Source: Octopus vulgaris
Taxonomy: Eukaryota
Assembly (NCBI GenBank): GCA_951406725.2
Contig: OX597818.1
Span: 86,118,001-86,182,000, forward strand
Direction of reading: 5' to 3'
DNA: 64,000 nt
Below the pieces are notes generated by a model that was not told the origin of the DNA, ran no database searches, and was given only the letters and a program-made list of their open reading frames with translations. Shown here one piece after another: positions 38,451 through 53,544 of the stretch. The position numbers and the translations under genes are program-made. Every line of letters begins with the position of its first letter. The stretch's first letter is position 1.

Positions 38451-38843
38451 CTTAGAATAACTTACAAAGGTTTTTGGCCAGTATTGGCCCAGGCCATGTC
38501 TAACTTAATAGCACCACCTGGCGAAGTCTTTCAGTTCAGGATTTGGGCACCAAGGCCCATTCGAGCAGAGAGTTATTGTTTGCGGAGACATATCCGGGTG
38601 TGGGTGGTTTATCCGGTACTGTTTGAAGGAATTTGTCCAAAGACTTCTTGAATTTTGTGTGGTCAGTTTCTTTTTTGACGTGTCCTGGTGTAATGTTGAA
38701 GAGAGCGGGTCCAATTGAGGTGAAATAGTTGTGCCGTATTGTCGTTATGTGATGCGATTTAGATTTTTGTTGTGGACGGATGGCACGAGGTCCAAGCCTT
38801 GGATGCATTTTGAAGGTGATGCCAACATCATTCGGACAGTGTT
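38450..38843 (-). mobile_element. CR1/L2-group LINE 3' end (C-terminal ORF 38536-38808 plus UTR)
   Basis: HPRLG..YFTSIGPALFNITP..FKKSLDKFLQTVPDKP is a typical CR1-group C-terminus; ends in short taagtta repeats next to (TA)n. Confidence 0.8.
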
Positions 38844-39482
38844 TGCTGATTTTGACCCACGCTGGTGGAAAGGGGAGAGCAGAAATTCTTCGTTTGCATA
38901 TTTGAATTTGCTAACACTGTTAGTTTTGAACAGATCTTCAGAAGCGATAACAGGCCGAAAGGGTATGCTCCCGCTTTCAGTGTTTTCAAATCCAAACCAG
39001 GGAGTTCTGAGCTGATGATAGAAGTGTCGATTTTGACTAATCTTGAAACGTACGTTCTCAAATAACCTTTGCATTTGATTTTTTAATGTCTCTACCCTCA
39101 TACTTTCGTGAGTTGAATTGAGCAAACACTATATGAGAGAGATTTTCTTTAAGTATTGGAGATAGTTTTAAAAAAGTTTTTTTAGCTGCTATTTCTAATG
39201 AGTTCAGTATGCGGCAAAGTAATTTATTTTACTAAGCCCTTTTATATAATATATATATATATATACACACATATAGTGAAAGACAAGATGAAGTTTAGAT
39301 TGTCGAAGGGAGATCCCGAGTTAATTTGTTGGGTATTCGATCGACATACGTAGAAAGTTCAGTTCGAGTGGAAAACATGTGTGTGTGTGTGTTTGTGCAT
39401 ACATATATATGTATGGATATGTATTTATATATATACGTGTGTATGTGTGTGTATGCATGTGTGTATACGAAAATTCGTGAAG

Positions 39483-39527
<45 letters not shown>

Positions 39528-40039
39528 AGCACCCACATATACACACACAAAGAGTCACATACATATCTACTTTATATACAGCATGTTCAGATGTATATCT
39601 ATTGATTTATGATATATACACGAACACACATACACATGTTCATACACATGTATATATATGTATATACGCATATATATATATTGAAAGACAAGGAAAAGTA
39701 AAGAAAGAGAGGAAGAGGTGAGAGAGAGGGAGAGATGAAATAAATAAATAAGAAATTACAAATAGAGTGGGAGTCATGAGGAGCGACGGTAATTGTCATA
39801 GCTAATTTCAATTTCTTTCTGTATTTATGTTTTATGGTGTCTTTTCAGCTGAGGAGACTTGCTTGAACGAACTTTAGTAGTGGAATAAATGCACTCCAGC
39901 TTTTGTTCAGCAATCATATCGAAAAATTTTGTCATTAATGGGAGTTGTATGAAGATATATGATTAGCAATTACCATGAGAATATGTCGGTAGTTTACATT
40001 GAAATCAGCATTGCTTATTTTTTTATGAGAAAGAAATGA

Positions 40040-40520
40040 ATTTCAAATTTAAGTTTATTGGTTATAAACTTTGAAATCTATGCTCCACTGACGAGTTCAT
40101 AATGATACCGAAACACAAGCTGTGGTGTGTCTTATTAGCCAGTCACTGACTTCCAAATTTGAGTTTATTGGTAAGAAATTTTGAAATCTATGCTCCACTG
40201 ACGAGTTTATAACAATACAAAAATACGTGCAATGACGTCTCTCGTACCTACGGAAAATCATAAATGCAACATTGGTCAGCTATTGACTTAATTTGCTTTT
40301 AAATCTCATCGTATAGTTATTTCTAGTTGATTTTAAAATTCTTTCTACATTAAATTTGTTAACATTTGTGTAATTGATGTTTCTACACAGTCAAATGTAC
40401 ATGCCTGAGTGAATCTCTCATCATCCTTTCGGAAAGTACGGTGAAATCTATGCTTCGCTGATGTGACCATAATAACACCGAAACGTGCCCGGAGTTGTTT
40501 CCAGTACGTACTAAAATTAG
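40040..40520 (+). repeat. Three diverged tandem units, each with a hammerhead-like core
   Basis: gaaatctatgct.c.CTGA(C/T)G...(cc)GAAAC at about 40073, 40183 and 40443; the second unit has lost GAAAC. Confidence 0.65.
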
Positions 40521-42375
40521 TTAAATAACATTAATTATTGGGTAATATTATTTCCTCCACCATAATATTTCTAGTTAGTTTTTATTGTTTTTTACATTAA
40601 ATATATTCATAAAATATTAGAACGGACAGTTCCATTTGTAAAAATACCAATGTAAAAGAAATCTTCAGGGTAAGCAACCGGTTTAGATTTAAGGATGAGA
40701 TTAACGTTAAAAAGAAGGGAGGCGTTTGTTGCTAATAAGGTTAATAAATTCACAAGGCCAGTGCTTAACCATAAGTCGCATGGCTTTAAATGAACGTGAG
40801 ACACATTTCGATAAGGTAGGGCGTTATTTTTTTCTAAATAACTTTGACCCACAAGGTATGTTTACTACTTTCAACTAACCCTTCTCTTAACGGTCAGAAG
40901 ATATTTCAGACTCCCACCCCTCCAACTTCTGCTAGCGCTCTAAAAAGCTTAAGAGAAGGCTACAATGAAATATTGCAGCCACATCTGGGACGGTGCTGCT
41001 GCTATGCACGCCGTTATCGTGGAAAAAGGACACTCAGCTGATTGGCGTCTAATCACTAATGGACGCAGTTTAGCATCTGGCAGTTAGGCGTGCTTCTCTA
41101 CTTCTTGCATAATGTATCGCTATTGTATTAGCTTCTGTTTCCCTGAGCTGGTCGTCAGTCTCGTATCTCTTGCACTTCTCGTTACTCTTGGTGTATTCAA
41201 TACCCCTCCACACTTAATCGCTACAATCCTTCTTCCCCCAAATGTTATCCCTCTGGAATCTCTTTCCCGCCAATGTCTTTCCTACAGACTTTGATCTGCA
41301 ACAGTTTTAATGGACCTTTAATGGCATCAGTCTCCCCAGTCTTCAAGGTAGTAGCTAGGGATAGGTAGGTGAAGGTCGAGGTCCGGTTCAGGTGACTCTT
41401 TTATGGAGGAAGAGTCCACTTTTGGGTCTGCTGTATAAGCCTGTATGGGTGGAGGCAAGGACGGAAAACTCAAGGGCTGCTTTGAACAACCTAGCTATGC
41501 CATTGCTTGGGATCTGATGAAGGCCATGGGCTCTGTCCCTTCCTTCAGACGCAACAGGTCAAAAACAAAAATAAACGAAAACTGAAACATGCGACGATGA
41601 AACAGCTGCTTGTCATTACACGCGATCTTTCGACCCACGAATTGTCGGTTCAATAACTCATTCAGTCAGATGATTACATCAAAGCCAGAAATAAACCATA
41701 TTTTTAGATACACAACAAATGACTTTTTAAACACATATGTCTGTTTATGATTTACTTTTCATATTTTATTCTTTTGCGACAATAATGACATTTATTTCAA
41801 CCTCAGTGAATAATCTCATCTATATACCTTTCTATTGTCATCAGATTAAATTTTTTTAAAGAGCCACTTGAGGTTCTCTTTTGTAGAGGAGTAATATCAT
41901 TTTAAGTTTTAAAATTGAATTAATGCTGGTCTTGATAAACAGAGACACAATTCTTTTGATATTTCATTTTGGAATTATTTACTACGTTTACACTACACTG
42001 GAGTCAATAATTTATTGTGGATTTAAAGTGGATTTTATTTTATTACAATTTGTTTTCAATGAAGAATCACTTACCGTGACGAGTGAAAAAAGTGAGCTTT
42101 TACTAGGTCACTCAACTTGCTGGAAATAGTAGTCAAATCTCTTTTGAAGCACACCCAACTAAAACAGTGGTAGACATGTTGGATAATGTTGTCATACGCC
42201 ATTTTTGATTATAGAAAGAATATAGCTGATTATTGATCTATTTGATCAATGTTGTCCTTGTTACAAACAACATAGACCATATTTTGGTTCACAAGATTCC
42301 AAACCATGAAGACCATACTAATAAGATCTGCTGATGTTTAAACTTGCATACGTATTGATTAATTAATTAATTAAT

Positions 42376-42483
<108 letters not shown>

Positions 42484-43104
42484 GTAACGGTGAAACCAAC
42501 GAACTTAGGTGCACAAACGCGCATGTTTAAATGAGAATGTGTGTAAGAGTGTGTGTATATATAAATGGGGGCGAGTTTGTGTGCGTATGGACGCTTGTAT
42601 GTGTGAGTATGTGTATGGATGTGTGTATATGTGTGAGGCTAACGTGTATGTGTACGTGTGTGTACACAACTGTACAATAAGTCTAAGATAATTGTACATA
42701 ACTGTACATTAAGTCTAAGAAATAATCGACAAAAATCCTGGAAAGTCAATCAGTCATTACAAAAGACCTCAAGTCTTAAGGATGCACTGTCAGAAGAGTT
42801 GTGCATGATGACATCCAGAACAAGTCGTATGTAATGCGGAGGGATCAGCTTATGTGAGATGTAACAAGCGAGAACCATTCGATTCGTACAAATCCCTTGC
42901 TAAACAAGTTAAAATACCAAGAGGGTGGAATGCTCTGGCTTTTCTCCAATGAGAAAAACCTCGATCAGGACCAAAAGGTAAAGCGAAGGAATAACAGGCG
43001 GTTATGCTGAGGTCTAGAATGAGGTTCCAATGGTCATGCATACTAAGTTCCCAGCATCTCAGATGTTTCAGGGAGTCATCGACAACGAGGGAGATGTCTG
43101 AAGA

Positions 43105-44090
43105 CAAAAATCAAAGTTCTGGACGCCCTAGTGAGAGACTTCCTGTTTGCAGACGATTGTGCGCTTGTAGCATTGAATGAACCAGACCAGCAGGAATTTG
43201 CCACTTGTCTCGCAGAAGCAGCAAAGCCTTCGGACTGACCATTAGCCTGCGAAAAACTGAATTTGATGCTTCAGCCTGTACCTGGCCTGACACCTCCTGA
43301 GCCTCAGATTGAGATTGAGGGCACAACACTGAACAACGTGGAGAGCTTTACATATCTGGGAAGCTGCCTGTCCTCAAACTGCAGTATGGACAAAGATGTC
43401 TCCATGAGGCTTGCAAACGCAGGAGCTTCGTTTGGCAGACTTTGAACACGTGTGTGGGCCGAACGAGGCATCAGACTCTCCACCAAGTTAGAAGTCTATA
43501 GGGCAGTCGTCATCACCTCTCTGCCCAACGGCTGTGGGACGTGGATGCTGTATAGGAGGCAAATGCGAGTACTTGACCAGTTCCACCTCCGCTGCTTGCA
43601 ACGAATCATGGAAATCTGAGGTGCTTCGCAGAGCCGAGATGCCCGGGATCGAAGCCCTCATCATGAAGGCCCAGCTCCGGTGGGTCGAACGTGTAGTCCG
43701 AATGGACGACGCGCATCTACCAAAGATGATCTTCTTCTCTGAGCTGGCTTTTGGAGAAAGAAATCCAGGAAGGCCACTGAGGTGATACAAGGACAGTCTG
43801 AAAATTTCCCTTGAGACCTGCGGCATTTCAGTCCGTGGCTGGGAATCGCTTGCCTCTGACCATGGCGCCTTGCGTCCAGCTGTCCAAAAGGGTGTTAGGC
43901 TTTTTGAAGAAAAGCTCCTCAAGAGCCTGGACCAGAAGCGACAAGCCCGAAAAGAGAGGATCCCCAACCCTACTTCTGCTGTTACGTGCCCAACATGTGG
44001 CCACGTCTGCGCGTCCGCCTTTGGGTTCCGCTCCCACCTCCGGCGTCACTGACGTCATTGTCGAACCCCGACAGACTACCATTATTATTA
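43105..44090 (+). mobile_element. RTE-BovB-like LINE 3' half (disabled)
   Basis: VRDFLFADDCALVA, FGLTISLRKTE, VESFTYLGS, AQLRW..VVRMDD..LPKMIFFSEL, CPTCGHVCASAFGFRSHLRRH. Confidence 0.92.
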
Positions 44091-44277
44091 CTCGCAAGCG
44101 GTGTCCGGTCCCATTCAGGTCATGATACTTAGATATCCCTCTATCGCCACATTTTGTGCTACAGTTTGCATTGTATCTTCCTCAACATTTCTGTGTTGTC
44201 AAAGTAGCTTAAATGCCGCAACTACTTTTATCTATGACAGCTGCTAAAGTTGCATAAATTATGCGTTTTATATATAT

Positions 44278-44320
<43 letters not shown>

Positions 44321-44325
44321 CATAC

Positions 44326-44364
<39 letters not shown>

Positions 44365-44365
44365 C

Positions 44366-44451
<86 letters not shown>

Positions 44452-44664
44452 CAAATATCCAGAAATAAAAACGAAGAATGCTCGGGAAGAATGGAACAGC
44501 CTTTTAGGTATCGAACCTGTGTTCTTCGACAGAAAGAATTAAGAAAGGAGAAAAGGATACAAAATGAAAAAAAAAAACGGAAAGAGAAAAATGCGCTGAG
44601 TTTAATGGTCCAACATGGCGACATGACTGGAGAAAAGATGCTGAATGAAAGGGAGATGATGATG

Positions 44665-44722
<58 letters not shown>

Positions 44723-44738
44723 TTATAATTATAATAAT

Positions 44739-45297
44739 TCCTGCCCTGATGCAGTACCAGGCAGTGGTTCTCATGACTTCTGATCTTAACATTTTGGAAG
44801 TGTTATCATGTACAGTGTTTTATCTTGGTATAAAAGATGGGCTACAGCAAATATTCTGCTCAATACCACGGATTTTCTTGTCGGTTGTTTGATCTTACCC
44901 AGTTGTGCATGTCCCTTAGTGGCTGACGATATGTGCACCTCTGATCACGAGCAGAAGTAGTGGGGGAGCATCATAGCCATATGTTGAGAGGGATTCTCTG
45001 GGGTTTGAATATTTCACCTCTGGAAACATGGGTGTTTCGTTCAACATCCTTAAACAATCCTTATTCAGGGACCTTTTGAGCGGGATGAGTTACTCGACCA
45101 GAAGAAAACTCTAACTGGGCCCCACCTGCAAGGTCATGCGCTGTTTATCTTGATATGAGATCACCATGTCGCGTACATATCGTTGTGATACATGTGCCTG
45201 GTGTACCCTTATCAGACGGGTAGTCATGATGGGTATACTGGGCTTCATATATTTTACCCCAGTGTCACTTTGATGGCATGCACTGCTCTCTCACTCA
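44739..45297 (+). mobile_element. Non-coding ~560-bp repeat embedded in (TAA)n
   Basis: aataat flanks on both sides; partial second copy at 22778-22978; no meaningful ORF. Confidence 0.7.
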
Positions 45298-45586
45298 ATA
45301 ATAATTTCAACTAGCAATCACCACGTCTCGGATTTACCTCATTGGCCATGGTACCGCAAATAATAATATGAAATTAAATTCAAAGATAGGAAACGCTGAA
45401 ACATTCAAAATTAGATCGGGATAACTGCGTTTCTTTCTAAGTAAAACGACGTCGTCAGTCTTTGGTATTTCACAAAAGGTAGCGGAATGAAAGAAAGGCA
45501 GAAGAAAAAAAAAAAGGAAAGAAAAGAATTGAGGTGAATTCCACCATATTTATACTAAACTGTTTGACTGAATAATGATAATAATA

Positions 45587-45653
<67 letters not shown>

Positions 45654-45655
<2 letters not shown>

Positions 45656-47119
45656 GACCAAAGCCAAACTTACAAATACTTAGGAATCCATGAACTAGAT
45701 AAGACACAACACACACAAATGAAAGAGAAAATAAAAAAAGAATATTATAGACGAGTTAGATCAATACTAAAAACAGAGCTCAATGCTAAAAACAAGACAA
45801 TAGGTATGAACACTTTAGCTGTCCCAGTTATAAGTTACAGCTACAATATCCTTAACTGGACACGAAATGAACTGTCCAAAATAGATAGGAAAACAAGAAA
45901 AATACTGACAGGATCTAGGATGCATCACCCAAAATCTGACATAGAAAGACTATATATACAACGTACAGAAGGTGGTAGAGGCCTTATACAGCTGGAAAAC
46001 TACTATAAAATAACCACCATAGGACTGCAAAATATCTACTTCAGAAGGAAGGAAAACTGATCCAGATAGCAGCAAAACACGAGCAAAACAAAAAACGGTT
46101 CTCAGTATTTAAGGAAGCTGACAAATACAAACAAGAAATCATACCACCTAATAAACACGAAGAAGAAGAAGAAGAAGAAGATGAAGAAACAACAAAAGCT
46201 ATAAAACAAATTAAATCCAAACTAAAAATAGAACAGCAACGAACCATGATAAAACGATGGCAAGAAAAGCCCCTTCATGGTAAATACTGCACTAAACTAA
46301 ACGCAAAAGAAATAGACAAAGAAAAATCCCAGCAATGGCTGAGAAGCTCAGGACTCAAAGCAGAAACAGAGGGATTTTTAATTGCAGCACAAGACCAAAG
46401 CCTCCCCACCAGAAATTACCAAAAACATGTAATGAAAAGAAATATTACAAGTAACTGCAGAATATGTGGAGATGGACAAGAAACAATAAATCATATTATC
46501 TCTAGCTGCCCAGTCTTGGCTAAGAAGGAATATATTCACAGACATGACAGAGTTGGAACCTACATACATTGGAAGCTATGCCAACATTATGGAATAACAA
46601 CAGAAAAAAGATGGTATAGGCACACACCAGAAAAGGTCACAGAAAACGAGAAAGCAACCATACTCTGGGATATGCCGATACACACAGATAGAGAAATTAA
46701 GGCCAACAGACCAGATATAGTTGTCAGAGATCATGAAGAAAAAAAATGCTTTCTAATTGATGTATCAATACCGGCAGATGACAACGTGTCTCTAAAAGAA
46801 ATGGAGAAACTCTCAAAATACAAAGACCTGGAAATAGAGGTAACTAGAATGTGGAATCTGAAAACAGAAACAATTCCTATCATAGTAGGTGCATTAGGCA
46901 TGATAAAAAAATATTCAGACAAATACATAACAAAAACACCAGGACTTACAAACACATATAACATACAGAAAATTGCACTACTAGGCACTGCACACATCCT
47001 ACGCAGAACACTTTCCATACAATAACCATCAGAGCATCACAACAAATCACAGCACATACCCAAGGCACACAGAGCTGCGCTCGGTAGTGAAGTGAAAGCA
47101 CGCTATAAAAATAAAACTA

Positions 47120-47122
<3 letters not shown>
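45654..47122 (+). mobile_element. 5'-truncated Dong/R4 LINE inserted in (TAA)n
   Basis: YKYLGI, GGRGL, KPLHGKY, ETEGFLIAAQDQ, CRICG..ETINHIISSC, RHDRV, NRPDIVV, LIDVSIP, KLSKYKDL. One frameshift near 46030; (TAA)n on both sides, the known Dong target. Confidence 0.95.
46246..47025 (+). CDS. Dong/R4 C-terminal zinc knuckle plus restriction-like endonuclease (partial)
   Basis: Open 259-aa frame with CCHC and PD-(D/E)xK motifs; part of a truncated element and probably not expressed. Confidence 0.8.
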   Translation: MIKRWQEKPLHGKYCTKLNAKEIDKEKSQQWLRSSGLKAETEGFLIAAQDQSLPTRNYQKHVMKRNITSNCRICGDGQETINHIISSCPVLAKKEYIHRHDRVGTYIHWKLCQHYGITTEKRWYRHTPEKVTENEKATILWDMPIHTDREIKANRPDIVVRDHEEKKCFLIDVSIPADDNVSLKEMEKLSKYKDLEIEVTRMWNLKTETIPIIVGALGMIKKYSDKYITKTPGLTNTYNIQKIALLGTAHILRRTLSIQ

Positions 47123-47190
<68 letters not shown>

Positions 47191-47203
47191 CAACAACAAC
47201 AAC

Positions 47204-47244
<41 letters not shown>

Positions 47245-47248
47245 TAAT

Positions 47249-47297
<49 letters not shown>

Positions 47298-47329
47298 TAA
47301 TAATAATAACAATAATAATGGTAACTAAT

Positions 47330-47800
47330 TCTGGTTTTATTGGCCACAAGGGCTAACATAGATCAAAAACATGTAAGGACAAACACAGCATGAAAAGTAC
47401 AAAGGGTTTTCCGAAAAAGAAAGGTCTGTGTAAACATTAAAATAACCGCGAAACAATATAACAGTTAGATGGAACTCCCAACAGGGGGAGGCGCTTTGAA
47501 AAGTTACTCGTGGAAAATCCCATAAAAGCCACGGAGTCTGGTCAAAAAGGAGTAGAGAACCCCTTCTCTTTTTATATTACCTTTTTTTTTTACTGGCGTA
47601 ACCTCAGAATTGGTCCCTTCATACTGGCCATTTTACCGACATTCACTCACCTTTCAATAAATTTGTTACGAGACAACACTTCTCTCTCTACTCTCATCTT
47701 CCTTTTCAAGTGAAAACTTGAAAAAGTTGATGAGGCCTTGGCCAAAGAGGAAAGTATCTGACTTTTGCCCTTTCAAACGGGTCCACCATACTACCTCTTT
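47330..47800 (-). mobile_element. Tx1-like LINE 3' end
   Basis: Minus strand KEVVWWTRLKG..GQGLINFFKF resembles an L1/Tx1 ORF2 C-terminus; tail ends agcccttgtggccaataaa. Confidence 0.65.
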
Positions 47801-47959
47801 CGAACAACAACAATAATAATAATGGTAACGGTGACCCCCAACAACCTCATGTGTGTATGTGAAAATAGTGTGTGCGTGTGTGTGTGTGTCTGCTACCAGA
47901 TAGTGTGCATGTGTATAGTGTATGTTCGTGGGCGAAAGTTATTTGTCTATGCATGTTGC

Positions 47960-48022
<63 letters not shown>

Positions 48023-48326
48023 GCGTTTAAAAGCTCATCGATTCTGTACCAACATGCCGAACAGGAACACGGGGGATCAATCAATAACATAGAGATTAAG
48101 ATATTGTCCACACATAGAACAGATGCAACAATTAGACAAATTACAGAAGCTACACATATAATAGAAAATAAACCTAGCCTGAATAGAAAACTAGAATGGA
48201 GCAATAGCACACACCACAACATATGACGATAGAGGTTCCTGAAAACATAATAAATAAATACACAGATATATAAACAAATAGAAATGAATAACTATATATA
48301 TGTATATATATCTATGTATGTATATG

Positions 48327-48357
<31 letters not shown>

Positions 48358-48874
48358 TTTATTTATTTTTTTTTTTTTCGATTTGATTTATTATTATTCT
48401 TACTAATATTGTTGTTATACATACATACAAGCATATGTAATGATAATAATGGGTGGATGTAAACACATGCACAAAATTAGAACAAAAGCAACAACAACAA
48501 AAACAAAATACAAATTACATGAATGTATATAAACAGAAGATACAAATATTACAGGCATCCCCCCCCACACATACACTAAATAAACATAGACGCACATAGA
48601 GATATAAGCATGCGCAAATGAAGACATACAATAGAAATACAAAATGGCTGACGGTTAGTAAGGAGAGACACAAATACGAAAGAAGAAAACAAAGGACCAC
48701 TGATGCGGTCACAGGAGTGTGACGAAAGAACTCTGGCCGAAATAAGATTAAGATTAATGTAAAAAATAAATATCACTGAAGCAAAATAACACCAAATATA
48801 TAGTGCGTGTGTTTTTATTGGCTAAACTGGCAATATGACCATTCCGAAATATATATATATATACATATATATAT

Positions 48875-49015
48875 ATAAGTTAGTTGTTCAGTAAAATATA
48901 TCGATAGAAAAAGTACTAGGCTTACAAAGAATAAGTCTTGGGGTTGATTTGTTCGACTAAAGGTGGTGCTCCAGCATGGCCAGTCAAATGGCTGAAACAA
49001 ATAAAAGAGGAAAAG
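48875..49015 (+). mobile_element. SINE family B 3' fragment
   Basis: agtactaggcttacaaagaataagtc..ggtgctccagcatggcc. Confidence 0.8.
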
Positions 49016-49016
49016 A

Positions 49017-49063
<47 letters not shown>

Positions 49064-49396
49064 TCCGACATTCTGGTCTAACGACGCTCCAAGTTTGTTT
49101 TCGTTTGGTTTCCTTGTATATCACCGCTGTCCGGTTTTTCTTCCCAACTTTGACCCTCCATAAAATCCAAAATTTTAATTTGAAAGTTATGAAAGCAACT
49201 GTCTTCAAAGACTCATATTGCTGTTGAATGCTCGAAATGAGGAGTAGATAGACAGCCGACAACTGATGAAGGGTCCTTCTTTGTGTTACTTGTTCTGTTT
49301 TCCATTTTTTCCTCGTTGTTTGCATATTTTAACTCGTTTGTTTTCGTACTTCATGTTGTTTACAGTTGGTGATGTCCTGTACCCATATATGCATAA

Positions 49397-49434
<38 letters not shown>

Positions 49435-49659
49435 GTACATATACGTTTTCACACGCGAGCGTACGCAAATGTACCAGTTTATTTTGTTGCGTATACTTGC
49501 ATTGCCGGTGTATTTGTTTACTGTCTTACTATGTATTTATTTAGTTATTTGTCTATATACGAAAGTATACTTAAGCACTCAGCTTCTAGAAACATTGCGT
49601 CAATATACACGAGACAATGTGCTAGAATACACACGCGAATATATATATATGCATGTATA

Positions 49660-49699
<40 letters not shown>

Positions 49700-49740
49700 G
49701 TGTGTGTGTGTGTGTGTGTATGTGTGCGTGTGTGTATGTG

Positions 49741-49812
<72 letters not shown>

Positions 49813-49994
49813 TGTGTGTTTGTGTGTAAACTAAAATAATAGCAATGAAGCTGTAATGAAGACCAAGTATATAGTGCGTGTGTTAGATTGCCGAAATATG
49901 ACCAGCCCTGAGTGTCACAATATGTATCTGTCTGTCTGTGCATGAACTCTATGTATATAAGAATGTATATATATATGTAAGCATCTATCTATCA

Positions 49995-50026
<32 letters not shown>

Positions 50027-50238
50027 TCTGTATATCTATCTATCTATCTATATATTTTCATAGCGTTTTTCAGATGGCCAGATAACCGAAGAGATGGTGG
50101 TGTAGATTTCTACCTAGGCATCCGAAACTCAGAGTTTTATCTTGGTTACCGAACAATTGTCACATATTATTTTACAGATAAATTTCCTCTATTTACATAA
50201 TTTTGAGTTCCTTTTCTTTTGTTATCTCACCGCTTTTA

Positions 50239-50283
<45 letters not shown>

Positions 50284-50685
50284 ATAGTGTGTGCATGTGT
50301 GTATGTGTGTGTATGAGTATGCGTGCATGCGTCTTTGTCTCGGTATCTTTGTATGCCAGGGTATATCTAGGCCGAGTTAAACTTAGTACCACAGTAGAAA
50401 GACGAAGTGAAGTTTTGTTTATTCACCTAGTGACAACAAGAACAACATCAAAGCTTTAATTCCAAATTGATTTATTGCAGTCGAGCTTTTACTCTTGGCT
50501 ATGCAATTCCACTCTGTTAAAAGACAATGGTAAAAACACACTCAACTTGCCATGTTCTTTCTTATCTATCGATTTCTCTATATTTCTTTTCCGATCCGAC
50601 TTAAAACTATTGTTTACTTTCAGAAGAGCAACGGATAACCCCCTTTTTAAACACACCTCTTTTATACTGTTATAATACCTACATA

Positions 50686-50718
<33 letters not shown>

Positions 50719-51649
50719 TGTATGTACATTCAAACAAATGCATACATACATACATACATACACGAATGCACGCACAAACACGAACACACGAATAATTATA
50801 TATATACCTATATACATGCATATATGTATGTGTGTGTGAATACGTATGCTAGTAATATTCAAACACAAATGTACTCAGTCGCGTACATTCATATAAACAC
50901 GCGCGCGCACACACACACGCACACGTATGCACACACACACATAACATATATATATATATATGTATATAAATATATCTATCTATATCTATCTATCTATCTC
51001 TATATATATACATATATATATTTATATATATACACATATATATATATACATATATATGCATACATAAATACACACACACACACACACACAAACACACACC
51101 ACACACACACACAGATATATATATATATATGTAGGTAATTATATATATATATATATATATGCGATCTCTCGCAAATACAGACATTCACACATTTAACTGT
51201 ATATATCATTTCTGATGTGTTGTTACTGTCTATAAGTATGTATATATGTTTCTAAGTGAATGGATGTTTGTATTTGTACATGGATGTATACTCACATGTA
51301 TGTATACTTACACGTATACATGCTTGTCCGTTTCTTTGTATTTGAGTAAAAAAATATGATATATCTATAAATACAATTATGCTCGTATACAAACATACAA
51401 ACACTGACATTCATACATACAGAAAATGTATTTGTGTTTGAAAGCATAAATACGGACACATGATTGATAATACATGTATGTATGTATGTATGTATGTATG
51501 TATGTATGTATGTATGTATGTATGTATGTATGTATGTATGTATGTATGTATGTATGTATGGATGGATGGATGGATGGATGGATGGATGGATGGATGGATT
51601 GATGGATGGATAGATGGATGGGTAGATGGATGGATGGATAGACAGATAG

Positions 51650-51682
<33 letters not shown>

Positions 51683-51999
51683 TAATTAGATAGATAGGCA
51701 GATTAAAACTTATTCACTCACAGGAAAAACGCTCATATATGCATACATCTACATACATGCATGCATACATAAATACATACATACATACATACATACATGC
51801 ATACATACATATATACATACATACATACCTGCATGCATGCATACATACATACACGTATACATACATACATACTTGCATGCATGCATTCATACATACATAT
51901 ATTCATACGTACATATATATACACATACATATATATATGTACATGTATACATGTATGCGTACATACATACATACATACATACATACATACATACATACA

Positions 52000-52035
<36 letters not shown>

Positions 52036-52134
52036 TACTTACATATATACATTCATTCATACAGACATGATCGTAAATATTTAATTCGCCTATGTATGTA
52101 TAAACAGCTAACTTCGGTGATATTTGTGTTTATA

Positions 52135-52180
<46 letters not shown>

Positions 52181-52276
52181 CATTGCTTATAAGTGTGAGC
52201 GTATAGAGTGATATATATTGATATGTATATATATATAACATTGCTTATAAGTGTGAGCGTATAGAGTGATATATAT

Positions 52277-52323
<47 letters not shown>

Positions 52324-52600
52324 CATAGATCTATTTAGATATATACACATATACGTATGTATGTATGAATGTATGTATGTATGTATGTATGTATGTATGT
52401 ATGTATGTATGTATGAATGTCTGTATCTCTTCTCAACCTCAAGTCATTTCTCTGTAATTCACTGATGTGTACAGTCTGTAAAATGGCAGATTGAACGAAT
52501 CCGAAGTTTGAAAGTCTAATCCATGTTTACTTTACATATAAACAAACATGTGTCAGCACTTCTGTGTCTTTATACCACCATAAAAGGAAACACGCACTCG

Positions 52601-52678
<78 letters not shown>

Positions 52679-52689
52679 CACAGATGCAG

Positions 52690-52832
52690 ATGTGGCTGTG
52701 TGATGGGAATTTTACATCACAGCATATGGTTCCGGATTCAGTACCACTGCGTGGCACCTTGCGCGAGTGCCTTCTACTACAGCTCCGGGCCGACCAAAGC
52801 CAGTGAGTGGATTTAGAAAGCGGAAACTGTTT
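52690..52832 (+). mobile_element. SINE family B 5' fragment
   Basis: gtggctgtgtg..ccactgcgtggcaccttg..gggccgaccaaagc. Confidence 0.8.
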
Positions 52833-52913
52833 GGAAGTCAATGGCATTTGTATCTCTCTATTTCCTTCTCTCTCGCTCTTTCTTATATATATGTGTGTGT
52901 GTGTGTGTATGTA

Positions 52914-52995
<82 letters not shown>

Positions 52996-53544
52996 TGTAT
53001 GCATGTATGTATGTATGTATGTATGTAGGTAGGTATGTACGTACGCACGTATGTATGTATGTATCATTTTAATCATGTTGAACCATTAATCCGGGTACAA
53101 GTTTTCTTCTTTCCACCTCAATCGTTTCTTTCGAAGAGCATATGCTCGAAGCATCTCAGACTTTTCCATTCTTCCCGAGCCTCAAATTAATGCTCCTGCT
53201 TATTATTCATTCACCTGCCTTCGTCTTTGCTTTTTGGTAAATTCGAACTATATATATATTTGTGTGAGTATGTGTGTGTGTGTGTGTGTGTGCATTTGCA
53301 TGTGTGTCTTTGTGATAATATTTGTCCTCTCCCATCACCGCTTGGCAACCGGTATTGATACATTTGCGTCTCCATAACTTATCAGTTCAGCGAAAAGGAA
53401 CCGATAGAATATTTTCCAGTCTCAGAAAATATATGTACTAAGATCGATTTGTTCGACCAAACTCCTCTGGGCATTTCCTCATAATAACCACAGTCTAATA
53501 ACTGAAACAAGTAAAAAACAATAAGACAGACATAGGGATAGATA

